Shown: piece by piece, positions 8,372-17,521 of the stretch
How positions within the stretch are numbered: position 1 is the first letter of the stretch
Layout: each line of letters begins with the position of its first letter
Origin: a virus
Taxonomy: Duplodnaviria; Caudoviricetes
DNA length: 64,000 nucleotides
Virus record (IMG/VR): IMGVR_UViG_3300037634_005573
Location: 9,906-73,905 of that record
Reading direction: 5' to 3' (one strand)
Made by a program: the position numbers and the translations under genes
The notes under the pieces: model-generated
Told to the model about the DNA's origin: nothing
Databases searched by the model: none
What the model saw: the letters and a program-made list of their open reading frames with translations, nothing else

Positions 8372-9481
8372 TTAGTAGTCGAGGCGCACACGAAGAGTAA
8401 ATTCTCCTGCGGGATCTTTTCTTTGTGGAGCCGAAAGTTTGCCAACTGCTAAAAGCTCGCGGTCTGGAGAATATAGCCCGACCGCGGTTGGATAAGCAAC
8501 TGGCGGGTCGCTTCTTCTTTGCTTGACGCGGATCTTACTATTCGCCAAATATGTCGGATTCGAGCTATAATTGAACTCGTTGTGATTAACGCGACAAAAA
8601 TAAACAGTCGAGTTTATCTCGGTGGTGTTATTGAAAGAAACATTATAGAGTCTGTTTCTTAGGGCGTCAGCCGTAGCCTGGATGGTCGAGCCAGTAATCA
8701 TGGCCGGTATAAGATCTCCGCCAACATTCATCGTCAGGCTGGAGCTTAGAATTCCTTGATTTCCATTGATGTTTTGCGTGCTGTCGCACATTATTATGAC
8801 CGGGTTGATCACAGCAATGCCGGCTTGATAATATATCAGGCCCACCGCCGCGGCGGAAGCGCCACCAGCTTGGATAGTAGTGCCACTCACTGGAGAGCCT
8901 GCCGAGTTCGTAATATACAGAATACCGTATTCCCCGGCCGGTGAGTTCGTTTTATATACATCTGCGGCGCCGGAGTCATAAACCTTGATTCGGAGCGCTG
9001 ATGACGCCGGGACTGCATACCCACTTGATGCCATAAACTCTAGTGCAAAAGTTCCTTTCTTGATTTCGTCTTTGGAGAGAAGCCGAGAAAAATTGAAATA
9101 CACCAAATCAGTATGAGTGCTTCCAGTGGCTAATTGCCCATCCCTATCAAAGTTTCGGACAGAGCCGGTTTCATCAAAGCCAACCAACACTTGAGCTAAT
9201 TCGTTGTAAATATTAACCTTCTTTGTAGCTTGCGACGTGATGGTGACAGCACCGGAATAGCCCGTCGAAACTCCCAAAGTCAAATCAAAGATATGGTTTG
9301 CCGAAGAAGACAAGTATGGGTAATCATAAACCGACTGGAACATTCCATGACTATAATTTTTGATGTTATTATCGGAGTAAGTTCCCGAGATGATGGTTCC
9401 TGTAATAGGCACCGACTCATGCAGGAGAGTCCTTGTGCTTGTTACATCATTGGAGGTAAATTGTTTATAAACTCTAGCCAT
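8372..9481 (-). CDS. Putative virion structural protein, paralogous C-terminus to 7194..8357
   Basis: YFCRVNHNEFNYSSNPTY...AVGLYSPDRELLAVGKLSAPQRK; Ser/Thr/Gly-rich. Confidence 0.6.
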   Translation of the reverse strand: MARVYKQFTSNDVTSTRTLLHESVPITGTIISGTYSDNNIKNYSHGMFQSVYDYPYLSSSANHIFDLTLGVSTGYSGAVTITSQATKKVNIYNELAQVLVGFDETGSVRNFDRDGQLATGSTHTDLVYFNFSRLLSKDEIKKGTFALEFMASSGYAVPASSALRIKVYDSGAADVYKTNSPAGEYGILYITNSAGSPVSGTTIQAGGASAAAVGLIYYQAGIAVINPVIIMCDSTQNINGNQGILSSSLTMNVGGDLIPAMITGSTIQATADALRNRLYNVSFNNTTEINSTVYFCRVNHNEFNYSSNPTYLANSKIRVKQRRSDPPVAYPTAVGLYSPDRELLAVGKLSAPQRKDPAGEFTLRVRLDY

Positions 9482-9507
9482 TTTTCTTTCCTTTTAATTA
9501 AAATTTG

Positions 9508-10410
9508 TTAGGGTAATTTGATAAATCTTACCGGAATATCAACTCGATAGCCGGTCGTTAGGCCCTCAATACTAATAAAAGTATCGATGTAGTTAACTGT
9601 TTCGCCTTCTACAGTGGTGGTTCCGCCCAACTCTGTAAACAACGAATCTGAATCACGGAGGTTTAAGCTGGTCGAGATTTTAAGACTCAATATTGTCCCA
9701 CGAGAACCGGCGATAGTTTGAGTGCTCGTTCCGGAAGAGGTGATAGTATTCCTGGTGACCACCTTGCTCGCGCCTGCCGTCAAGGAGAAATAGTAGGAAG
9801 CAATGCCATCATCATCGATGAAGCTTGTGCTAGCCAGGGCGCCGTAGGAGTCGGCCAAATTTCCCAAGTCATTATTGATCTTAACAATATATTGACTTTC
9901 CACTAACGCAGGGGGAAGTTGTGTGCTGGGAGGGACCGCCGAGTTATCGATGCCTTGGTCAAGGCGAATAAACTTTGCATCATCAGTAGGATCATAACCG
10001 TTGAGTATTCCCTGCACGTTTTGTAGCGCGGTGGTCTCTGCTGTGGTCTGGTCGGCAGTAATAATAAAAAGATTACTTGCAGCATGTCTTTTATTGCTGT
10101 TGGCCAACTCGTTCAACTTGATAACCGGAAGATAAAGCAAATCGTTTCGTGAAAGCGACATAAGCTTTGACTTCATAAAGGAAGCGTTATTTGTAAAGGC
10201 CTCCAATATTGGAGTAAGTTTGATATTTTGATCATAGTAAGCCGAGCCACTAGCATTGGTTGAATCGTATAAAGAGTAGTCTATTTCGTCGTCTGCCAAT
10301 GCAAAAGCAGTAATTTGAAAGCTACCATCGGCCTTGGCCAATCTCATCCGACCGGTGTCGGTTAAAACGGCGTCCAAGATAATGTCGCCGGAATTGTCTA
10401 AAAATCCCAT
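9508..10410 (-). CDS. Putative virion structural protein
   Basis: N-terminal DAVLTDTGRMRLAKADGSFQITAFALADDEIDY, similar to the N-terminus of 16461..17519. Confidence 0.6.
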   Translation of the reverse strand: MGFLDNSGDIILDAVLTDTGRMRLAKADGSFQITAFALADDEIDYSLYDSTNASGSAYYDQNIKLTPILEAFTNNASFMKSKLMSLSRNDLLYLPVIKLNELANSNKRHAASNLFIITADQTTAETTALQNVQGILNGYDPTDDAKFIRLDQGIDNSAVPPSTQLPPALVESQYIVKINNDLGNLADSYGALASTSFIDDDGIASYYFSLTAGASKVVTRNTITSSGTSTQTIAGSRGTILSLKISTSLNLRDSDSLFTELGGTTTVEGETVNYIDTFISIEGLTTGYRVDIPVRFIKLP

Positions 10411-10443
10411 GTTTTTCCTCTTATGAGAACTATTGTTCTCTAG

Positions 10444-10469
10444 TAATTAGTTCTATCATTATAAATAGT
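10444..10469 (-). promoter_or_regulatory. Tandem putative late-promoter octamers ACTATTTA (10462-10469) and ACTAATTA (10444-10451)
   Basis: In the 157-nt intergenic gap ahead of the 10410-7194 gene run. Confidence 0.55.
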
Positions 10470-10567
10470 ATATCCGCTAGTGTTTTGTAAAAATATCAAA
10501 TTTTATTATCTAGATTGTTGGAGATTGAACTAAAGTTCTCTTGTAGCTTATTTGCCACATCAGATAA

Positions 10568-13500
10568 CTATTCGGCAGATGGGCCGCAACTTTCCGATGT
10601 TTCCACATATGTTATCTGAGGGTTAAGATTAATGTCGATTGATTTGCCAGTTTTACTGGATGTGATTCGGATCTTGTAAGACTTGCCCCAAATAACCTCG
10701 TCCTTGTTGCCAGGGAGGGCCTTGTATAAATTTCCCCTTGCAGTAGCGATACCGTTGGCCAACATCGACTCCGTATTGATGGAGGATTGCATAAAAGTTG
10801 GTGAGAACAACAACAATCTTCTCATACGCGTGGAATTCTGCTTAAGTTGCCTATCCTTAAAATCAACTGCTCTTATAATTGGAAACACGGCGCCGCCATC
10901 GTTAACGACTTCTAACTCAAAAATTCTAGATGGATTTGAAATATTACCATTAATATCGACCGAGCGAAAAATATAATAATACTTTCGATTCGGTTCTACA
11001 TCTTCGTTAAAGGAATATGAATTCGAATAAGGGCGTGTTTTTCCCGACAGGGCTGTCGAAAACTTCCGATAATAAGCTTTTTCAAAATCTTCGAATCCAT
11101 ATGGGTGATAATCTATCCTAAACACTTCGTAGGCTGATACATCGTCGTCGCTAGAAAATGCCAACAAATCGTGATCGTTAAGCTCTCTCTGAGTCTTGAG
11201 ATTGTTATAATACACCTGATCTGAGGCATTGATGACAACGAACTGTGTCCTATACTCTCCTTCCATTATGTTTAGGTTAACTAGAATCTTGTTGTCAATA
11301 CCTTTATATGGAATAAATTGGACATCTGGGGCTACGGGTAGATCGCCATTGATTCTACCAGATGCTATAAAATATGGGATTTCGAAGATTAGCGGCTCCG
11401 GGACCGTGGCTGCTAAAAACCTAGCCTCGCAATGTTTGACGCTTGGCGCCGGCGTGGTATGGCCGGGTGGGAGTTCTTCGGAATCGCCGCGGGGGCTATC
11501 TTGTAAGATTCCTGGCGTGGTCCGACCGGAGCCCACATCTTCTATAAGGTTTCTCAGGGTTTGGACCGATTCATTTGTGTGAATTGCTTTGAGATCCGGA
11601 TCCGGTTGGCTGGCCAGCAAATCCTCGGCAACGTCTCTTACTTGCTGCGCCAACTCTGATTTTCGGGGGGCGCTCCATAAAAAGTCAGACGCATCGGGAG
11701 CAGCCTCGTCCGGTCGCGAAGTGCCACCGATGGATGGTTTGATTGGAGGGGCAGTGAGGGTTTCGTCGGTAGGGTCTTCAGGTGTCGGGCGCTTTGATGT
11801 AGAGGTGCCGGCGTTGTAGTAAAAATATCGACTCTCCACTACGAGAAGATAAGCATGTACCACATATGTGTATTGCTTGTTGGCCTTAACTTGACTGTCG
11901 GCGTAACTAACTACGTCGGCCAATGTTGAATTGAAAAACCAAAAATTCTGAATTGGTGAGGATAACTCTCCCACCTTGTCATACATTGTATCTTCTTTTA
12001 GATCTCCTTCATTCAGATCGAAATCAGCATCACTATATTTTGAAATTCGATAAGCAACCACTTCTTGATGAGGCTTGTGGCCCTTGATAATCTCTTCGAA
12101 ACTTCTGTTTTTCTGTTGAATGGTTTTAGAAATCTGATCTCGCAAAACTGTATATCTAAACTTCTTGTTATAATAGCCGGTGGGCGGGGTGGTATCGTTA
12201 GCCAAGCGAATTGCCTCGGTTCGAGGCCCAAAGAAGAAAACGCCGGGTGTCCAGGAGAGGTCGTCAAAGCCGAGATGGGGGCCGGGGATTCCGTCCGAGG
12301 CGAGCGATTCATCGAGTAGCCTAAAGAACCACTCATTAAGGCCCCAGGCGCTGATTTGGGCGTCTGGTTCTTCTAGGAGGGTGTTGCTCTTTTGAGCCGA
12401 TAGCTGGCGGAATGCTTTATAGAGTTGGGTTTTATCAATCGGTGGTGCCTCTGATAGATGTCGCAACATAAAGCCATCTTGTTTTTGTTCTTGGATATCT
12501 GTGACTATCTCCTTTGGTCGGTGCTTATCAAATTGGATTTCTGTGTAAGCGGAGACCACAAACTTAAATGGGTAGAAGTTGTTTAAAAGAGGTAAATTAT
12601 CTCCCACCACTAGGAGCTTGTCTAGCGGAGTCTTGAGAACGAGAGTAATGAACTTCTTCTCCAAACACTCAATATCGTTTTTTAACTTTAGGACGATAGG
12701 AATAATATTTTTCTTTCCAGCCAAGGCATAAATATTAACAAGTTTATTTTCCTCTAACCCGTGCTTCTCAACAAACTTTTGATAAGTCAAGGCAGCGTAA
12801 TTGTAGCGAAAATCTACGTCGGCTTTCATGACAGACTTTGAATTAGCTATCTCTTCGTCATCCTCATAGTTTGTCAACGGGGCATCAAGTTTAAAATAAG
12901 AATCTTCAAACAAGACAATATTATAGTTTGGAAAAGGTTCGGGGGTAGAACCCTGTATTACTTGTCCGGAGTCGCTCGGGCCTGAAGCGTCGATGGGAGA
13001 TAGTTCCAAAAGAGCTTGCTCGGGACCAAGAACAGATTCCAAAGCTTTTTTAAGCATCCCAGAAATCTCTGGATCCGAATAATTTAATTCTTCTAATCTT
13101 TTCTCGGAGGGGATCCCGGCGCGAGATAGCAACGCCAGAAACAAAGCTAAAATTCGAACAAAGAGAGTGCTTATCTTGGAATTTAGTAAAGCAGTTAGTG
13201 GCGCTTGGAGGCTTGGTGGGGCTAGAGAAATGGTGCGTGCAACGGAGGTAAAGAGGGTGCTATCTGTGATAGCTTTAAAAATAAGATCCTTTAAAGCTTG
13301 ATTTGCGGACGAACCAAAATCAAACATTTTTAAAGTATCAAGCCCGTAGATCTCGTCAAACTTTATCGTCTTATCTTCGATATCTGTGCCAAAAAAATAA
13401 CGATACCAACATGGCACGCATTTTGGGTAAGGACCAAATACGTTTGCATCTGCCATGAAAGTGATCCCAGTTATTTTTAAATTGCTTGGCAACAAATCAG

Positions 13501-13735
13501 AAGTATCAAAATTTATAGTTTTACCTAACTTTATAGAAAAGGGGAAATCCTTCTTTTCCTGAAAGTCTAGGTTCTTTTTATCGTCGATGTAGTAATAATT
13601 TCCTATTATCTGACGTATTCGATCTGGGATCCCAGTTGTTACGTTGCGGGGTGAGCCAGAGTTGCTTATCTCTGGAAGGTCCTCCCGCTTGTAATTCTGG
13701 TTGTTAACAAATCTAAATCTTTTATTTCCAATCAT
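10568..13735 (-). CDS. Large hypothetical protein (probable virion component), 1055 aa
   Basis: Long ORF in the structural module; C-terminal beta-rich FnIII-like segment (YEVFR...KYYYIFRSVD...SNPS). Confidence 0.65.
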   Translation of the reverse strand: MIGNKRFRFVNNQNYKREDLPEISNSGSPRNVTTGIPDRIRQIIGNYYYIDDKKNLDFQEKKDFPFSIKLGKTINFDTSDLLPSNLKITGITFMADANVFGPYPKCVPCWYRYFFGTDIEDKTIKFDEIYGLDTLKMFDFGSSANQALKDLIFKAITDSTLFTSVARTISLAPPSLQAPLTALLNSKISTLFVRILALFLALLSRAGIPSEKRLEELNYSDPEISGMLKKALESVLGPEQALLELSPIDASGPSDSGQVIQGSTPEPFPNYNIVLFEDSYFKLDAPLTNYEDDEEIANSKSVMKADVDFRYNYAALTYQKFVEKHGLEENKLVNIYALAGKKNIIPIVLKLKNDIECLEKKFITLVLKTPLDKLLVVGDNLPLLNNFYPFKFVVSAYTEIQFDKHRPKEIVTDIQEQKQDGFMLRHLSEAPPIDKTQLYKAFRQLSAQKSNTLLEEPDAQISAWGLNEWFFRLLDESLASDGIPGPHLGFDDLSWTPGVFFFGPRTEAIRLANDTTPPTGYYNKKFRYTVLRDQISKTIQQKNRSFEEIIKGHKPHQEVVAYRISKYSDADFDLNEGDLKEDTMYDKVGELSSPIQNFWFFNSTLADVVSYADSQVKANKQYTYVVHAYLLVVESRYFYYNAGTSTSKRPTPEDPTDETLTAPPIKPSIGGTSRPDEAAPDASDFLWSAPRKSELAQQVRDVAEDLLASQPDPDLKAIHTNESVQTLRNLIEDVGSGRTTPGILQDSPRGDSEELPPGHTTPAPSVKHCEARFLAATVPEPLIFEIPYFIASGRINGDLPVAPDVQFIPYKGIDNKILVNLNIMEGEYRTQFVVINASDQVYYNNLKTQRELNDHDLLAFSSDDDVSAYEVFRIDYHPYGFEDFEKAYYRKFSTALSGKTRPYSNSYSFNEDVEPNRKYYYIFRSVDINGNISNPSRIFELEVVNDGGAVFPIIRAVDFKDRQLKQNSTRMRRLLLFSPTFMQSSINTESMLANGIATARGNLYKALPGNKDEVIWGKSYKIRITSSKTGKSIDINLNPQITYVETSESCGPSAE

Positions 13736-16459
13736 CTATAAACCTATAAAAGTAATTTTGGGGGCGTTGCTATAACTAGTTCGCTCCGAAGTAGCGCTTT
13801 CTAAATTTCTCTGTGTCGTGGGATCAGAAGGGGAGACTCTTCTATCTCTTATCCCGCGGGGTTTTGTATTCTTGTTAGAGATCGTGAAATATTGCTTGAA
13901 TACTGGAGTCTCTTTGGAACCAATGTTTAGCTCGTTATCTTGCAAGGTGAGTATTCTACAGAATATAAACCTCTGTGAGTTTAGTATGTTATCGTCGAGT
14001 GTCTTCCATTGCGCCATGGCAAGGTTAGTTCCCATCTCCAAATACTGAACTGTCCCTACTGCATTCATGAAATTATTTATAATTGCGCTGTTCTCTGCTG
14101 TGGACATATCGTCGTATCTTTCCTTCTGAGTTGAGAACTTAGACTTTGGATTATCTCTTCGTAAATAGGCTTGGTATGAAGGAGGGAAGCTCTCAAAGCT
14201 TCTAGTCTTTAGGATAGAATTAATATCCTTACTCATATCCGGTGGTGTGTTGGTGGTCTTAAAATTTGCTTCGAACTCGTTTTGACCATTAGCCCCAAAA
14301 ATCTGTATAATTTCTTGAGTGGCGGCAGCAACCTCATCGTTAGCATAGCTCACCATATTCCCACTAATAAATTCACCGTTGCCTTCGAGATAGTCCTCGG
14401 AGTCTTTTAGTGTTGGGTTCTCGGATAGTGTGTCGAAATTGGGGCCAACAATAGAAACAGTAAGATCCATATCACTATTATCAACGTAACCCAGCGAGTC
14501 CTGGAGTAGCCTTCCTTCTAGGGCAGAGGGGATAGAATTGATTTTCTTAAAAAATAAATCGTTATAAGCCTCAATCTTAGTTAAATTAACTTGTTCCTCT
14601 CCTCCGACGATCACATTCGGGGTGAGAACAAACTTCGCATTTCTGACCAATTGGCCCAGACTACCATCATCGGTAGGTAAATTATCCCAAAATTTAAGAA
14701 GCTCCTGCTTTCCGCGGACTCCGATAGTCGAGGGGGTCATATCAAGGCTGCTAAACTCAATCGAAGCACGTTCGGTGGTATTAGCATTTTTCGGAACATT
14801 GGAGGTTAGATAATCGTATCCTACTACGGCAACGTTCTGGATCGTCTTGGAGTAGAATTGTTTTGTTATTTGTGTTTTTTGCTTCTGGGTGGAGGATCTT
14901 GAATTAGAAGATGTTTTCCCCAAAATATCGATATTAATAGATAAGTTGTCGGAGACTCTCATTAAAGTCTCCAAAAGAGAAGAGGTTATTTTGATGAAGA
15001 TATCGTGATTTTTGGCGCTGGCGGTGGGGTTGGCTAGGGAGGCCAAATATTGTTTAGAAGTGCAAGGCTGGCCGCCGAAATTAACCAAGAGTTCCGCATA
15101 TAAATCCACAAGGCGCGCAATTCTGGGGATTATAGATTTTATATACCCAGCATCTATATCAACATTCTTGTTCTTTGATAAACTGCGCTGCTCACTAATA
15201 TAACCGTAATATCCGGAGCAAGAGGTAATATATTGTTGCAACAAAGATACGCTGTTTTTTAAATATTTGACAGAAGGATCTTGGAAGGTAAAAGTCACCA
15301 AATATTTGAATTCGTCCGGAGAAGGTGTAAAATCATCAAATTTAATAAATCTAACTATATTTTTATTCAAAGGTAGCTGTGTGATCGAAGCTATTGGTTG
15401 TTGGGCGCCTTCGAAGTTTTTAGTCTGTGTTCGGGGGGTAAAGATTCGATTGCTGTTTTCGGCAGTCGCAACCAAGAGTTTATTCATCTGCGAGTTTGAT
15501 ATATCAATTTTCTCTATTACTACCTCCTCGATTATGCCAGAATCATAAATTGAGGAATCCCTCAAATTTCTAATCAAAGAGTTGTTTCTCAGCAAGGTTC
15601 TTCTGTCAAAGGCAAAAAATGTCGTATTTGATTTTTGGTCATTACGAGTGATCCAGAAACGATTCGCGGGAATAGTTCTCTCGCTGGAGGTGGCTTTTTG
15701 TTGGTTTAAAGCCAGGTGATGCACTACTCCGGTGGTCGAACTTCTGATTAAGCACTTGTCGATTGAATGAAATCTCTTGTTATAGGAGTCCGGTGTGTGT
15801 GATGGCTTACCGCCGCTGTATATGTCGACGACACTTATGGGACTCTGGATTGAATCGGCAAAAGATAAATTGGTTCCGTAGTCGTTGTTGATAGCTTCTA
15901 TATCCAAGCCCAAATAAGAAAAAACTGTTAAATCCTCTATGTTCTCCGGTAATGTGAAATTAAACCTTTGCTCGAACTGGTATCTCGTTACCTGCTTCCG
16001 AACAATAGTAGTCGGTGTGCGTGAATTGAACCCATTAATATTATATTTTTGCGTCGATACTCCCGGGGGAGAGTTTCCTAATTGACTTATAAATAGGCTA
16101 TTATTCTTTTGGAATAAAGAAGAAAACTTCTTATTTGTTGAAGCAACTACTATTAAATTTAGATATTTAGAATATGAACTACCTTCGGGGCCACAACCAC
16201 AATGGCTGGTGGTAGGAGGCTGATACCAGGAGGAGCCGGGGGTTCCTGTATGATCTCCGCCGTCGCCGGGGATCCAACTGCTGGACTCATCTTCTTCTGG
16301 CCAGCCCCAATCAAGAGGGCCGGGGTCGCGGGGATATTCTCTGGATGGGGTGCATTGGCTAGCCAACTCGTCTTCCAAAGTGACGCCTATCTCCAGAACC
16401 GCTTGCTCTACACTCTCGTGGGTCGCTTTGTTGCTATTAATGGTCTCTTCGCCGGGCAT
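13736..16459 (-). CDS. Large hypothetical protein, 907 aa
   Basis: Long ORF; acidic Pro/Gly/Trp-rich N-terminus. Confidence 0.7.
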   Translation of the reverse strand: MPGEETINSNKATHESVEQAVLEIGVTLEDELASQCTPSREYPRDPGPLDWGWPEEDESSSWIPGDGGDHTGTPGSSWYQPPTTSHCGCGPEGSSYSKYLNLIVVASTNKKFSSLFQKNNSLFISQLGNSPPGVSTQKYNINGFNSRTPTTIVRKQVTRYQFEQRFNFTLPENIEDLTVFSYLGLDIEAINNDYGTNLSFADSIQSPISVVDIYSGGKPSHTPDSYNKRFHSIDKCLIRSSTTGVVHHLALNQQKATSSERTIPANRFWITRNDQKSNTTFFAFDRRTLLRNNSLIRNLRDSSIYDSGIIEEVVIEKIDISNSQMNKLLVATAENSNRIFTPRTQTKNFEGAQQPIASITQLPLNKNIVRFIKFDDFTPSPDEFKYLVTFTFQDPSVKYLKNSVSLLQQYITSCSGYYGYISEQRSLSKNKNVDIDAGYIKSIIPRIARLVDLYAELLVNFGGQPCTSKQYLASLANPTASAKNHDIFIKITSSLLETLMRVSDNLSINIDILGKTSSNSRSSTQKQKTQITKQFYSKTIQNVAVVGYDYLTSNVPKNANTTERASIEFSSLDMTPSTIGVRGKQELLKFWDNLPTDDGSLGQLVRNAKFVLTPNVIVGGEEQVNLTKIEAYNDLFFKKINSIPSALEGRLLQDSLGYVDNSDMDLTVSIVGPNFDTLSENPTLKDSEDYLEGNGEFISGNMVSYANDEVAAATQEIIQIFGANGQNEFEANFKTTNTPPDMSKDINSILKTRSFESFPPSYQAYLRRDNPKSKFSTQKERYDDMSTAENSAIINNFMNAVGTVQYLEMGTNLAMAQWKTLDDNILNSQRFIFCRILTLQDNELNIGSKETPVFKQYFTISNKNTKPRGIRDRRVSPSDPTTQRNLESATSERTSYSNAPKITFIGL

Positions 16460-16460
16460 A

Positions 16461-17519
16461 TTACTTTACCTCCGGGCAATTCTTAACTTCGGCTGCTTCC
16501 TGGTTGTAGATATCTCGGTTTGATTCTTTGGTGGAATCTTTGCAGTTCAGATCGTATTCGAGGTTTAAGTTGTGGCCCTTGTCTTTCAATTTATCAATCA
16601 AAGAGCATAATAGACTTTCCTCTATTTCGGAGTCTATTGATAAATTAAAGTAGTAAGCCAAGTCATCTTTGTCGGCGACGTTAGTAGTGAGGCTTGACAG
16701 GCTTGGAGGATCAACGAGATATCCTTGCTCGTCTATATTATCTTGCTTGGAAAACACTTTTAACGTCTTATATTGTAGAGAGTTAGAATCCTCGACTTCG
16801 AAGACCTCTATTGTAAAGTTTTCATTTTCATAGTTTGTATTATCTTCCAGGATATCTAACACAAGATAATCTGGTTCAACTGCAAAATACGTGCCGTCTG
16901 AGAAAGGTTGTGATCTCAGGGCGAGATCCTCTTCAATACCGTTTGTCCCAGAAATATCGTCGCCTATAGCAATTTTGTATTCCAAATCAACATTAATTTG
17001 TGGGATATCAATAACACCGTAGTCGGTATCCAAATAGCCTATCGAAGATAAAATACTATTTTTAAGAAGATTGATATTGAAAGACGGGCCAATCTGACTG
17101 TTTGTTTTAGAACTGCCTAGCCGATGTCGGAGTAGTAGGCTCTTTTCTATTGCATCCTGCTCGTGTAAATGTTTTGTCTTTAAAATCTTTTCCCTAAGAG
17201 AAGTGTTGGTCAAGGAATCCAGAGGGTTGGCATATTCTGGGGCGTCGGTGGTCTGGGCGTTGTTATATTCCCTTAAATAGCTTCTCGATTCCCTGATATT
17301 TGTGACTGTCTTAATTCTTGGAGTTTGGTTTAAGACTCTTTCTTGTATTTCCTTTTGGCTTTCGCTAGAGTTTCCGGTCCATTCGGCATCGTATAATACG
17401 CCGTCGTCGAAAAAAGCATACTTGGCCGGCTTGAACTTCCCTCTTGTCAGAAGGTGTCTCCCCCAATCAGTTAGTTCGAAGTCTATTACATCTTGTTTAT
17501 CATCAAAAAATTCTGCCAT
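16461..17519 (-). CDS. Putative virion structural protein
   Basis: N-terminal ELTDWGRHLLTRGKFKPAKYAFFDDGVLYD paralogous to 9508..10410. Confidence 0.6.
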   Translation of the reverse strand: MAEFFDDKQDVIDFELTDWGRHLLTRGKFKPAKYAFFDDGVLYDAEWTGNSSESQKEIQERVLNQTPRIKTVTNIRESRSYLREYNNAQTTDAPEYANPLDSLTNTSLREKILKTKHLHEQDAIEKSLLLRHRLGSSKTNSQIGPSFNINLLKNSILSSIGYLDTDYGVIDIPQINVDLEYKIAIGDDISGTNGIEEDLALRSQPFSDGTYFAVEPDYLVLDILEDNTNYENENFTIEVFEVEDSNSLQYKTLKVFSKQDNIDEQGYLVDPPSLSSLTTNVADKDDLAYYFNLSIDSEIEESLLCSLIDKLKDKGHNLNLEYDLNCKDSTKESNRDIYNQEAAEVKNCPEVK

Positions 17520-17521
17520 TC

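Noticed and set aside
10425-10440. GAGAAC-N4-GTTCTC hairpin before 10410
   Set aside because: Only 6 bp, does not cover the SD and has no U-tract; function unsupported
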